Assembly: GCA_964019425.1 (NCBI GenBank)
Contig: OZ025803.1
Location: 620,001-684,000 of the forward strand
Source: Flectonema sp. DT1601
Taxonomy: Eukaryota
Direction of reading: 5' to 3'
DNA length: 64,000 nucleotides
How positions within the stretch are numbered: position 1 is the stretch's first letter; the number at the start of each line of letters is the position of its first letter. The notes beneath the pieces were generated by a model. The model did no database searches, was not told the DNA's origin, and worked only from the letters and a program-made list of their open reading frames with translations. Positions 44,732-55,918 of this stretch are shown here, piece by piece. The translations under genes were made by a program, and so were the position numbers.

Positions 44732-47199
44732 TTACTCTTCGATTCGGTTTGCTGCAGCATCGCCTTTCTTTTTTCGGATTCTTTCTTGCTTTTGTTTTTC
44801 TTGTTCTCTGAGATATGAATTTGACACAACTCTTAATAAGATTTCTTTTTCTTGTGGAGTCAGACCAGAAAATAATGGCAACACATCTGACAAACAAACA
44901 TATATTTTATTACAATGTTTGTTAAGTGAAGAAGCAGATTCCCTTTCTGATATACGCCGAGCATCATTCGGTAATATAGAGATTTCAATCAGAGGATCAG
45001 GAGGAGGGATTCGATTATTATTATTACCGTACACGGAATAGAACCGGTGCCTTGTTGGAACGTCTTCCTCCTCAACTGGAATACCAAAAGTTAAGATCGA
45101 TGCTAACTCACTATATAGTTGATTACATAGGACGGTGCTGATGGTACTCTCAATTTCAGTTCCTGCAGCACCTCGAGGTTCTAGTAGGTGGAGGCAGTCT
45201 TTTATTGTTCCATCAGCAGTGTCTTCTTCATATCGTAGTTTTGAAGTATTTGTGTTCTTGCTAGTTTTAAAAGTCTGAAGCTGAACTGCTGTGTTTGCTG
45301 TTGTTGTTGGTGAGTACTTCGGTCCGAACTGAATCCGAGAATAGCCTGGTGCTTTCTTAGGACTCGTCACTGGAGGATGTGGTATCGAACAAGAATTGCT
45401 CATGTCACCTGAGCTGTTTATTCTTTGTGGATAGTCAGGAGGAGGAGAAACTCTCTCTTGTAGTAAGTGTCTCTTTCTCCTTTTTTCATTTGTCTTATGC
45501 TGAAGTGTTCTGTGATATTCTTGTAAGTTAGTAAACACCATTTCATTCATCAAATGACGTTTTTGTGATGTTAAACAGCTGCTAATACTCTTCTGAGGAA
45601 GCCAACTCGACCACGCACCAATACGTTGAGTGTGAGCATGAAGTAATGATTGTTCTCTTTGATAGCATTCTCTTAGTTGGTCAAGTTCATCTTTCTCATT
45701 ATAAAATAACGCATAGCAACCTTTACAGATTGATACTTGACGAGCTAACCATATCTTTGATGATTGGATCTCTTCTATACCTTTCGATAATCTTTGAACA
45801 ACCGGAGGTACTGTAACCCAATTATGAGTGTGATCGAGTAGGGCTGCTGAATCAGGCTGTTGAAAAGGAGCTGAAAAGTCCGTCGCATCTTCAGAAGAAA
45901 GTAGTTGCGTAACAGATTTTTCCTGCTCTTTACTCCTCCTATTTATATATCGAAGTATCGATTTATAAGTTGTAGTGTTCACTTCACTTGCATCAGTTGT
46001 TATCCCGCAATTAGGACAGATAAAATCTCCTTTCTTCTTCTGTTTAATTTTTACTTTCTTTGGAAGTGGTTGGCTGGCTTGCTCAACTACGGGTGAGTTG
46101 ATTTCGTACGCGTTGATTTCAAAGGTGAAATCCTGTTCAGGACCTTCGACTTTTTTTGAATCTTTGCTAGACTTCTTTAATCCCCGATCACTTGGATTTT
46201 TTTGTTTGAAAAATTCAAAGTCTGGGATGAGCCAGTCGATTGCTTTTTGGGTACTTTTGAGAGACGATAAACCAAGCAGCCACAACTGGTTATCCCTGTC
46301 AACTTTGAATAAACATGAAAGCTCACGAGAATACGTCGAGTCCGTAGTTGACTCATGACGAAGAACACAAAGACGAGAAGTTATATTTTGCATAGCCGGT
46401 GACAACACAGCAAGCAATGCCGAACTTTGCATTCCGTCATACCCAACAATAACTTCACTTGGATTGTATGGAGCTGTTGCTGCTGACGGAGGTGGAGTTA
46501 ATTTACCCACAACATTAATACAAGGATGAACACATGCTTGTTGGCCTAACCCTACTTGTTTACTCGGCTCTAATAACAAAGTATTAAATCGCCTCTGTAC
46601 AGTTATACTACCTAAGGCGTCTCTCGTTACGAGTAGTTCATGATTGACTCCTTCTTTTCCTTTTATATCTTTCGGTAGGATGAATTGTTGTAGAACTCCG
46701 CATCTTCCTCTGTCAGATTTTCTTTTTAAGAAGGCACTCAGTCCACCCTGATTGAAGAACTCCTGAGTGTATAAATACCCTCGGTGATCTTTTCGTTCAC
46801 TGTGCCATACCGCGACGGGTCCTTCTGGAGTTCCAGTGACGGCAAAAGCACGTCGTATTCCCGTAATTGTGATGTTGGCAGCGTTCTTTTGTTGAATACC
46901 ACCTCCGTTTGCTGTGAAGTACCATTTTAGCTGATCTGCTTGACGGAATATTATAGTGTGCGGAATCATTACTCCCTGAATTATTGTCTTACCACCTGTT
47001 ACTCCATTCCCTGTTGTTGTAAGCTGCTGCAAGCAATGATCAATAAGGAAGTCTAAGGGAGGTTCTCTGTTTGTATTTATTAAGATTAACTACTGTAAAG
47101 TGATTAGCTAATTTAACTTAAAGAAATGAAAAAGTGTTCATACCCCTCACCTCTCCTACCAAGTGACACCCAGGTTTTCACTATTGGTGTTTCGTTCAT
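44732..47199 (-). CDS. Hypothetical protein with CxxC pairs. Exons 47144-47199 and 44732-47066
   Basis: The long ORF lacks an ATG. A phase-2 GT-AG intron (47067-47143) links it to an upstream ATG exon (MNETPIVKTWVSLGRRGEG|EPPLDFLIDHCLQQL) that is preceded by TCACAG. Contains CPNC and CKGC. Confidence 0.72.
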
Positions 47200-47513
47200 T
47201 TTTGATCTGTGAGGAAGAGTAACTAAAATATGAACACAATCACAAAGTTATCTTTAATCTTTAGTAGTATTCATGTGATAGATGCTTGCTGATAATATAA
47301 AATAGTATTTAAGAAATCTTCACTACTATACTTCTGTTAAATTGAATACACTGAAAGGTTACGAGGCTGCTAAGACGACTTCTTCATGGCCGCAGACAGT
47401 AATCTTAATTCAGGTCTCATGTGACAACTCTGATTGTACAACACCTCAGGTGTAGAAGTAGTATCATTTTAAAGGTGAATTAGTAATTGTCTGATCTGAG
47501 CGTAATATCAATT

Positions 47514-49346
47514 TCACCTGCCGTAGCGGTCCCTATCTCTGCGGTATCCCCGATCACGATCGGAGCGACTCCGTTCCTGTTCCCTCCTCCTATCGCGATC
47601 GTAGTCCCGACCCCTAAAGTTATCTCTTCTGTCATCTCTCCTGTCGTCTCTCCTGTACGAAGAACGTCGAGGGATTCTATCTGATGAACTTGATCTCTCC
47701 CTACGAGATGGTCTCCTGACAGGTCTATCAGGGGAAGTTGAATAATCCTTTATCGATTTCCTTTTATTCTCTCGTTGTGATGATCTCCTGGTTGGCCTAT
47801 CTGAGGAAACACTTTTTTTCCTTCGCTTTTCCTTAGAACTCCTAACAGGTCTGTCGGGTGAGATACTTTTGTTTTTAAGGTCATCCCTTGCCAACTTCGT
47901 AGTGTTTGTGGGAAGGTCGCCACGAGATTTGCGTAGTTTAAGTTTCTTTTCTCGGTAGGCGATGGGATCTGAACGTTTTTCTGAGAGGCGGTTTTCTCTG
48001 TCTTCAGTGCATTCTTCAGAGTCGAATGTGCTGCTTGACTCGGTACCACTCCCTCTGATATTTGCCGTTACTTTTTCGAAATTTGAGGAAGTGCTGCCAC
48101 CAGAAACTAGAATGAAATCCCCGCTGAGTTTCGTTGGAGGATCAGCTTTCAGGTATGCTGTTCCCACTTTTTCTGGCATCGCATTGTCTGACTCGTCATC
48201 GCTGCTGTCGATGTCGTCTTCGTCCTCTTCTAAAATAGTAACATCATACGACAGGGTTTCATCACTAAGTTTAATATTTGTATAATAATGAGTTGGTTCA
48301 CTACTAGTTACAATGTGCTCATCGATGTTGATGTAGTAGTTTCCAGAAGAACTTTTCCACGTACCCAAAAATGAATCCCAATCTTGGATAGGATTTGGAT
48401 TTGGTAGATCACATAAAGTACAATGATTTCTTATGTGATTGTTGTTATGTTTACATTGAGAGCAAACCCATTGATCTATTCCTTTTTTTAAATTTTTTTC
48501 ACTAACGATCATGAATGTTCCATCACCAAATACACAATGATAACATCCAGCACTCGGATAGAACTTTCTCACTACTGGCATCATATGAGAGTGAAAAGGT
48601 GTGCTTTTCATTGTTTGGAGGAGTTTGAGCATCGGTCTTCTGTAGACACCATCTCTTGAAAAGAACAAAATCCGACTCAAAGTGTCCTCAACAACTGTTG
48701 GATGAGGGGCGATTATTTGAACAGATGTCCCAAGTGGAAACTTACATCTGTTGAGCTTTCGTTTAGCTCCACATGATTTGCAACGTCGAGGATGAGATAA
48801 AATATCATTCTCTGTATTACACGATTGCCATATATCATTGCAAATCCAGTTTGTTATTCTATTGCTGAGGGAACTTTCATCTTCTAGGTTTCCAGGATGC
48901 TTGAATTGACATTCATTTCCAAACCTACAATATCCTTTTGTATAATCGTGACATAACTTGTTCACACGGGCTCTATCAGCTGAAGCAGTCTTATAATGTC
49001 GGTACATGCAATTTTTGTTGTTGCATTTTCCCCTTATCCAAGTTCTACAAGTTCTTTCATACTTTGACGAAGGTCGTGAAATATTATTTTCCTTTGCTAA
49101 CGCTTCTTGTTGAGCTACAAATTGCTCCAAGTCAGTTAAAGTGGTTCCAGATTTTACAAGTTGAACGTACTTTTCTCGTTGTTCTTCATCAATAAGAATG
49201 TCGTAGGCTTCATTTACATTTCTGAACGCAGCTGGATCACCTCCCTTGTCAGGATGGTGTTGTAAAGCTTTTGCTTTGTATGCCTTCTTTATTGCTCGCT
49301 CATCCGATGTAGGGGAGATTCCGAGGACGTCGAAAAGTGTTGCCAT
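47514..49346 (-). CDS. J-domain protein with two CCCH zinc fingers, RanBP2-type zinc finger(s) and an RS/RD-rich tail
   Basis: J domain (LFDVLGI..IKKAYK..AL.HHPDKGG..F..VNEAYDIL). CCCH fingers C-x6-C-x4-C-x3-H and C-x7-C-x5-C-x3-H. WVCSQCKHNNNHIRNHCTLC. C-terminal RS/RD dipeptides. First ATG at 49346. Confidence 0.85.
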   Translation of the reverse strand: MATLFDVLGISPTSDERAIKKAYKAKALQHHPDKGGDPAAFRNVNEAYDILIDEEQREKYVQLVKSGTTLTDLEQFVAQQEALAKENNISRPSSKYERTCRTWIRGKCNNKNCMYRHYKTASADRARVNKLCHDYTKGYCRFGNECQFKHPGNLEDESSLSNRITNWICNDIWQSCNTENDILSHPRRCKSCGAKRKLNRCKFPLGTSVQIIAPHPTVVEDTLSRILFFSRDGVYRRPMLKLLQTMKSTPFHSHMMPVVRKFYPSAGCYHCVFGDGTFMIVSEKNLKKGIDQWVCSQCKHNNNHIRNHCTLCDLPNPNPIQDWDSFLGTWKSSSGNYYINIDEHIVTSSEPTHYYTNIKLSDETLSYDVTILEEDEDDIDSSDDESDNAMPEKVGTAYLKADPPTKLSGDFILVSGGSTSSNFEKVTANIRGSGTESSSTFDSEECTEDRENRLSEKRSDPIAYREKKLKLRKSRGDLPTNTTKLARDDLKNKSISPDRPVRSSKEKRRKKSVSSDRPTRRSSQRENKRKSIKDYSTSPDRPVRRPSRRERSSSSDRIPRRSSYRRDDRRDDRRDNFRGRDYDRDRRREQERSRSDRDRGYRRDRDRYGR

Positions 49347-49655
49347 CCCACAGACACCGAAAAAAATGAATGACAGCCTGCTGACGGGGATAAAAATAAA
49401 TAAAAATATATCAAAAACAAAAACCAATGGAAAAAAAAAAGAAGAGAAAAAAAAAACATGAAATACATCTTAGATAACAAAAACCTGGAGTGAAAATAAA
49501 AAAATTAAAAAAAAACTATCCCAACACCCTACAACTATACCGTAGCGGTCTATTTCCATGCGATATGTAGTCGCTGATATACATAAGCTTAGCATTAGCT
49601 TTAACCTAATCAATTTCTGATAGTCACCACCAAGTGATTGATGTGTCTGTTGAAC

Positions 49656-50930
49656 TTAAACAGGCTCTTTGAAATCTATCATTTTTTTGTAAGTTTCTTT
49701 AAATAACATGACTTCCTTTTGTGAGTCTACTGCCTTTATGTCCTCATCAAAGTGTTCTATTGCTGCTCTCTGTTTAGCTGACAATTCCTTTGGGATGACT
49801 ACATGAAAATGAACGTACATATTCCCAGATACGTTGCTTTGAGTTTTTTTAATTCCCTTACCTCTGAGAACAACAACCTCACCTTGTTGTGTTCCTTGTG
49901 GAACTGTAAGGTTTACATCTCCGGATATCGTTGGGAGGATAACCTTTCCACCAATAATTGCTTGAGTAACAGTGAGTGGTTTTATGTAATGAATATCCTC
50001 TTGATCTCTTATAAAGTGAGTAGTGTCTTCTACTCTAATGTCGATAAATAAATTTCCTGGAGTTCCACCTCGAATACCAGCTTCACCCTTTCCGCCAACT
50101 CTCAATCTATCTCTGGTGTCAACACCTGGTGGGACAGTTACTTGTTGTGTTGTTCGGTCTTTTACTGTTCCAGAGCCTCCGCATTGTCCGCAGAGTGTTT
50201 TTATCATTTCACCTATTCCGTTGCAGGCTGGACAAGGTTGTTCAACGTGATAGTAACCGTTTGATTTTGATGTCTTCCCTCTACCTCCACATTGAGTACA
50301 TTTCGATACGGGTTGACCATCTTTTGATCCACTACCTCGACAAGGAATGCACCTCCTTTGATAAAAGTATGAAACTTCTTGAACACATCCTTCTACAGCT
50401 TCTTTAAAAGAAAGAGTCTTCGAAACAGTGATATCTGCACCACGTTGTGGTTTGAATCTCGCTGCTTTTTTAGAACGATCACGACCATCAGCAGTACCAG
50501 AACCGAAGATGTCTTCCCACATTCTGTTTAGGTCCATACCTTGGTTGGGACTTTTTGCTCTGTCAGTGAAATCGAAGTTCATGTTTTCCCAACCCTCAAA
50601 TCCGGGGGTTTGCTGTGATCCATATGATGCTCCTGCTCCAGGTACAGGACCACCTCCTCTGGCAGCAGTTGTTCCATCGTATTGTTGTCTTTTTTGATTA
50701 TCTGATAAAGTTCTGTATGCGTCGTTTACTTTAGAAAACATGTCTGCATTCTTCTGTCCTCCAGCGTCAGGATGGTATTTCTTAGCCATTACTCTGTATC
50801 CTTTTTTTATCATTTCTGGAGAAGCATTTCTTGGAACACCCAAAATTGTATAGTGATCCTGTTGCAGCAATACACGCGACAGTGATAGCCCTCGCCATTG
50901 CATGCGAGTACCTGCCATTGTTTTTAACAT
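49656..50930 (-). CDS. Type I Hsp40/DnaJ chaperone, probably mitochondrial (Mdj1/Tid1-like)
   Basis: Presequence-like N-terminus, J domain with HPD, four CxxCxGxG repeats, and DnaJ C-terminal domain (VPPGV..G.GE..G.PGNL; VPQGTQ.G..LRGKG). Confidence 0.93.
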   Translation of the reverse strand: MLKTMAGTRMQWRGLSLSRVLLQQDHYTILGVPRNASPEMIKKGYRVMAKKYHPDAGGQKNADMFSKVNDAYRTLSDNQKRQQYDGTTAARGGGPVPGAGASYGSQQTPGFEGWENMNFDFTDRAKSPNQGMDLNRMWEDIFGSGTADGRDRSKKAARFKPQRGADITVSKTLSFKEAVEGCVQEVSYFYQRRCIPCRGSGSKDGQPVSKCTQCGGRGKTSKSNGYYHVEQPCPACNGIGEMIKTLCGQCGGSGTVKDRTTQQVTVPPGVDTRDRLRVGGKGEAGIRGGTPGNLFIDIRVEDTTHFIRDQEDIHYIKPLTVTQAIIGGKVILPTISGDVNLTVPQGTQQGEVVVLRGKGIKKTQSNVSGNMYVHFHVVIPKELSAKQRAAIEHFDEDIKAVDSQKEVMLFKETYKKMIDFKEPV

Positions 50931-51843
50931 AGCGGCGGGGAGGGGGATACCTGTTCGATGAACGGAACTAAATTAAACTTAGGAAGCAAGAAAAGGTTTG
51001 AAATACTTGTAAATATGAGTAGTCTTCCATTATGCCTCCTGAACTAAAATAATACAATCAACAAAAACAAACAATAAGAAATTAGCAAACTATTTTAGCA
51101 TGTAAACACGAGTCCGATATCACACGATACTTGCAATTATTGAGAAGAAAACGTCACGCAGTTTCCTTTTCTTTCTTATCTTTTTTTTTTTTTTTTTTTT
51201 TTTTTTCGTTGTTTTTTTAATACTCGGATTCGTTCCTTTGGAAACAATTTATTCCTCCTTCCCTTATCTCCTTCGGGTCGTTTGCGATAAACAAATTTTA
51301 GTTCGTGTGACTGTAGGTATAGAATCTTTGTTCAACTTATACTGTAAACTGTTGAGGTTTAATAACTATAATCCCGACAATGCGGGAAAGGAAAAACGAA
51401 GAAAAAGAATTGAACGGAAAAAAAAAAGAAAAAAACAAAAAGACTTCACCACAATTTCCTTTTTAGGGTTGTGCAAAGATTCAATTTACTGCGTGAGAGA
51501 ACGTGGGGAGGGATAACGTATAATCGTTCGAGCAGACTCATTGAGAACGAACAAGGCAAGATCTCAACCACATGTATGACTCAAGTTCAAGTAACCAATA
51601 AAACATTAAAAACAGTACAAAGAGAGCATCCTTTCCCTTTCTCTGGTTCTTTCTTCGATATCGCAATAACAACAACTAATATAACTTCGTAAAGACGCCT
51701 AGTAGACATCAATCATAAATAGGACTTGAAACATAAAGTACAACTGATAGGTATGAATTCTTCATTCCATCCGATTTGGAGAAATTGCTCACCAAAAAGC
51801 TTCCATTGGTCGTCAAGCCTCGGTCGCATCGTAGACGATGCTC

Positions 51844-54788
51844 TCAGTCACTGTCGGTATCGATCAGCCCGCGAGACTTCTTCTTGGCGGCTTGTTGCCT
51901 TGTCTGTTTGTAGGTAAAGTGGTTAAAATATAAATAATAAACTAATTCTAACAGGTAATAAAGTGAAGTAGCAAATCAAACCTTCTCAACTGTGGCTTTG
52001 AACATCGCGTCATCCGATTCTTCTTCGAAGTCGACGTTGCCTTGATTTTCAACTCGGTATTTGGTGTATGTTTGAGATTTCTTGGCTGGTGTTTGTTCCC
52101 ATTCGTCTTCTTCTGATTCAGTGTCTGATTGCATCATACGACGTGCTGCCAACTTGGAACGCATTCCTGCGGAGACTTTCCTCGGTTTGATATCTTCTTC
52201 ATCATCTGTGCTCTCCACCTTCTTAGTTTTTGAAACTTTTTTCTCCTTCTTTGGTTTCACAGGGATGTCGTCTTCATCTGTCGAACTTTGGAATGCATTT
52301 GAAATCTTCTTCTTTTTCTCTTTTACGCGGAGCCTCTCGTCTTCGTCGGTAGATTCCAACTCATCGTAGTCGATCTTCTTTTCTTCTTTCTTAGCAGCCT
52401 TTTCTTTGGTAGCCTTCTTTTCCTTCTTCACTACTTTTACCGGTTCCTCATCTTCCGATGATGAAAGTACGAATTTTTTTGATTTAGGCTTGGCCTTCTC
52501 CTTCTCTGGCTCCTTCTTAGTAGGCTTCTTGACAGGCGCTTCGTCCTCAGAAGATGAAAGTTCGAGTGTTTTTGACTTAGGTTTTGCTTTCTCCTTCTCT
52601 GGCTCCTTCTTAGTAGGCTTCTTGACAGGCGCTTCGTCTTCGGAAGATGAAAGTTCGAGTTTTTTTGATTTAGGCTTTGTAGTCTTTACTGGCTTCTTAG
52701 CAACTACCTCTTCATCACTGGATGAGTCAACAACAACCTTATTCTTGCGCTCTTCTAGAGCTTGTCTTCTTTTAAGAAGTTCCGCTTTCCTTTGATTAAG
52801 TTCTTCATCATCATCTTCGCTACTGCTTACTTCTACTTTCTTGGCTACTGCCTTTGCCTTTTTGACAGGACTCTTCCTCTTTGGGGGTGGAGCAACTTCT
52901 TCTTCACTCTCGCTTTCGGACAGATCCAATTCTTTTTGCTTCTTAAGAGCTTCGCGACGCTCCTGAAGGAGTGCCTTCTTTTCTCGGATTGCTTTATCCC
53001 AATCATCTTCTTCATCTGCCTTCTTTTCTGCTTCTTCCTCTTCTCTCTTTTTGGCTTTCTTCGCTTCTTTTCTTTCCCTTCGCTCGCGTTCCTGCTCCTC
53101 AGCTTTCTGCTCGTCCTTTACGGCGTCTTGAAGGGAGGTGAAAGTTTTAGCCTTTTCCTTTTCTTTAACCTTGTCCCTTGGAGCTGATTCCGTCGCAAGG
53201 ACATCAAGTACGGCTGCTGAAGCCTTCGCACGAGTTGGTCTCTTTGCCTTGGCCTTTTTGACGACTGGTTCTGGTTCCGGCTCTGGCTCCTCTTCTCTCG
53301 CCTTTTTCTCTTTCTTCTCTTTGATAGGAGCGGTCAGGCCGATCATCGCAACTCGTTGTTGAGGGACTTCTGCCTGTTCATCATCTGATACTTCACCGCG
53401 GTCTCGACGCTTCTGTTTCATCATTCCGACTGGCATTGGAGTTCCCATCATAGGCATCATCGGCATTTGAGCACTCTTTGATTTCTTTGGTTTCACAGGT
53501 TCATCTTCCTCTTCGACTTCCTGCACCTTCTTTTTCGTTGGTGCTGGGTCGGCGTGTTCTGCTTCCTTTTCGCGCTCGGCACGTCTAAGTGCACGTGCCT
53601 CTTTTCTCTCTTTTGAAGCCTTCTCCATTTCTAGACGCTCTTGCTCTTCGGCAGCAGCTGCAGCGGCAGCGGCCTTTGCCTTCGCCTTAATATCAGATAT
53701 CGATGATGTGGATTTCTCAACCTTCGACTCCTTCGATTTTTCTTTTGTAATTTGGCGTTCGCGCTCTTCCTTTTCTTGAGATTCACGTTTAGCACGAGCC
53801 TTGGAACGATCGTCCTCCTCCTTGTCATTGCTGCTGGAGGCGAACATTGCAGCCATCTTACCAACCGATTTTGAGGCAGCCGGACGTGCTTCCTCTTCTT
53901 TTTCTTTTTTATTTTTTGATGCTTTTGCTTCAGCTTCTTCCCTCGCAGCCAATTCCTCTCGTGCTTTCTTCTTCTTTTTCTCAGCTTCGCGTTTGCGACG
54001 GAGTTCTTGCTCGTCTGAGTCCTCAGAAGAGTCAGCTGCTTTCTCCTGAATTCGTTTCTTACGAAGGGCTTCACGGTCAGCTTTTTCCTTAGCTTCCTTT
54101 TCCTCAGCTATTATTTTGGAGGACTTCTTGGTGTCGGCTGTACCAGATTCGAAAGCAGAAGTTAATTTTGAAACGGAATTCTGTCGGGGGCGGTTTGAGG
54201 CTTCCTCGGCTCTCTCAAACTTTGATGCTATTCTGCCAACCTTTGCTTTGCTTGGTCCGCTTGTTTTCTCTTCTGGTGTAACTGCTACCTTTGCCTTTGA
54301 CACTACTTCATCAATACCAACACCCTGAGCAGAGTCGGGGTAGGCTACAATCTTCAAATCATCACAGACTCCTTTCATTAATGCAGCTCCAGCATAATGA
54401 AGGTATTTCAGTCTCTTTCCAGCTCGTAAAACAGTACCCAGGTAGGCAACATCAAATTCGTCGCTGACTTTATCATCGCTGTACAACTTCTTATAAAGTA
54501 CCTGATTTTATATAAATAATTTGTTGGTTAACTTTTTTACAAACAATGCCAGAAGAACCTTTCAAGGCAGTGATCTCTTCTGTATATTCGGGTACTTCAA
54601 TTAATTATAGCAAGTAATCCAACAGAGTTATCCCTTGAGGATAGAATGTGTTGAATCACAGAGATTTGACCAAATAGGTTTGTAAGTACAAAAGAAATAA
54701 ACCATACTTCGTGTCCACATCCTTCCTTCTCAACACCCAACCTTCGTATATTCGCAACAATCTTTTCTATATCCTTTTCGTCTGTCAT
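51844..54788 (-). CDS. Costars (ABRACL-like) domain protein with a long K/E/S-rich disordered tail. Exons 54708-54788, 51982-54501, 51844-51903
   Basis: Splicing out 54502-54707 yields MTDEKDIEKIVANIRRLGVEKEGCGHE|VLYKKLYSDDKVSDEF...GTVLRAGKRLKYLHYAGAALMKGVCDDLKI, which matches the Costars pattern. A second intron (51904-51981) adds TRQQAAKKKSRGLIDTDSD*. Confidence 0.8.
52445..52680 (-). repeat. Coding 93-bp (31-aa) tandem repeat, about 2.5 copies
   Basis: KPKSK.LELSSSEDEAPVKKPTKKEPEKEKA is repeated. Nucleotide anchor at 52521 and 52614. Confidence 0.9.
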
Positions 54789-54925
54789 TGTTATGAATCA
54801 GCTGTGTTAAAGAGTATAGAATTAGTTTATTATAAACATCTGATGTTAAATTAAAAAAATAAAAGGAAATATTTAGCTCTCCTATTATAATTTTTTTACC
54901 ACCCAGGCGGGGTATGCTTAACGAA

Positions 54926-55050
54926 AGGATTGACAGATTGAGAGCTCTTCCTCAATCATCGATCCATGTGTGGTGGTACATGGCCGCTCCTGGTTACAGT
55001 AATTTGTCTGGTTGATTCTGTTTACGAACGAGGTCTCAACCCTTCAGTTG
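54926..55050 (+). pseudogene. Degenerate 18S (SSU) rRNA fragment
   Basis: Colinear conserved SSU blocks AGGATTGACAGATTGAGAGCTCTT, GGTGGT(a)CATGGCCGCTCCTGG, ATTTGTCTGGTTGATTC and ACGAACGAG. There are substitutions and a deletion in the GGTGGAG segment, and the flanks are not recognisably rRNA. Confidence 0.88.
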
Positions 55051-55468
55051 GCTCGTCGCTTAAGGTTTTAGGCGTTCTACGAAAAAAATGCAGACGCAAT
55101 AAGTACAAATAACCACTGTCGGATGACGATGGTAAATTCCGCTGCGCAGAAGCTCAACGAGCAGCTGCAATTCAATAAGGGGGGGGGTGTCAGTTACAAA
55201 AAGATGAAACAATTCTCTTGTTCTTGTTCTTGCACAGAACCAGCCTAGGAAAGCGTGCTATACTTTAGGCTAATGTAAAGTATACTAATGAATAGGGGAA
55301 AGTGGCTGCTTTGAATCAGTCTTCTCTTCTTTCTCTTGTGTTCTTTCTTCTACAGTAAAATAAAAGGGAGAGATAACTCGACAGCATAAATTTAATTAAA
55401 ATAACAGACAGATGGGTCAGTCTGTGATACACAGAGGGGAGAAAACCCGCCCTTTTTTTTTTATTGTT

Positions 55469-55470
<2 letters not shown>

Positions 55471-55519
<49 letters not shown>
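55471..55519 (-). repeat. Poly(A) tail (49 nt) at the putative 3' end of the retroelement
   Basis: Uninterrupted T49 on the + strand, ~400 nt downstream of the polyprotein stop codon. Confidence 0.75.
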
Positions 55520-55524
<5 letters not shown>

Positions 55525-55918
55525 AGGTGAGAGGCAAGTATGGCAGGAGAGCAAACCCTCGGAACCAGCGATCCTTATGTTACATGAGTGTGCGCTAAAA
55601 AGATAAACTGCAACACAAGTTTTGGGCCGGTTTTCTAGGTCCTACCATATCTGTCGCCGAAGCGAAGAAAAGAAAAAGGAAAAAAAAACAATATTTGTGG
55701 TTGTGTTTGCGCTGATGGTTGCACTCCCACTTCCAGCGTGTTTTTTCTTTCTTCTTACATTTACATACAGTTTACATACAACTCTGTCTTCCTTTTCACT
55801 CTTCTTTTTTTTTTTTTTTTTCATTTTTCTTTTAACATGTTTGCTTCTTTACATTTTTTACAAGTTCACTTCTTTACATTTAATTTTTTCCGTTCATTCA
55901 CTTTCCGTTTCATGCTTC

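Noticed and set aside
47514..50930. Two adjacent J-domain genes as a tandem duplication
   Set aside because: Architectures differ entirely outside the J domain and no nucleotide similarity is evident.
54926..55050. Functional rRNA gene or R2-like rDNA insertion
   Set aside because: Only ~125 nt, mutated in conserved positions, and separated from the element end by ~420 nt of non-rRNA sequence.
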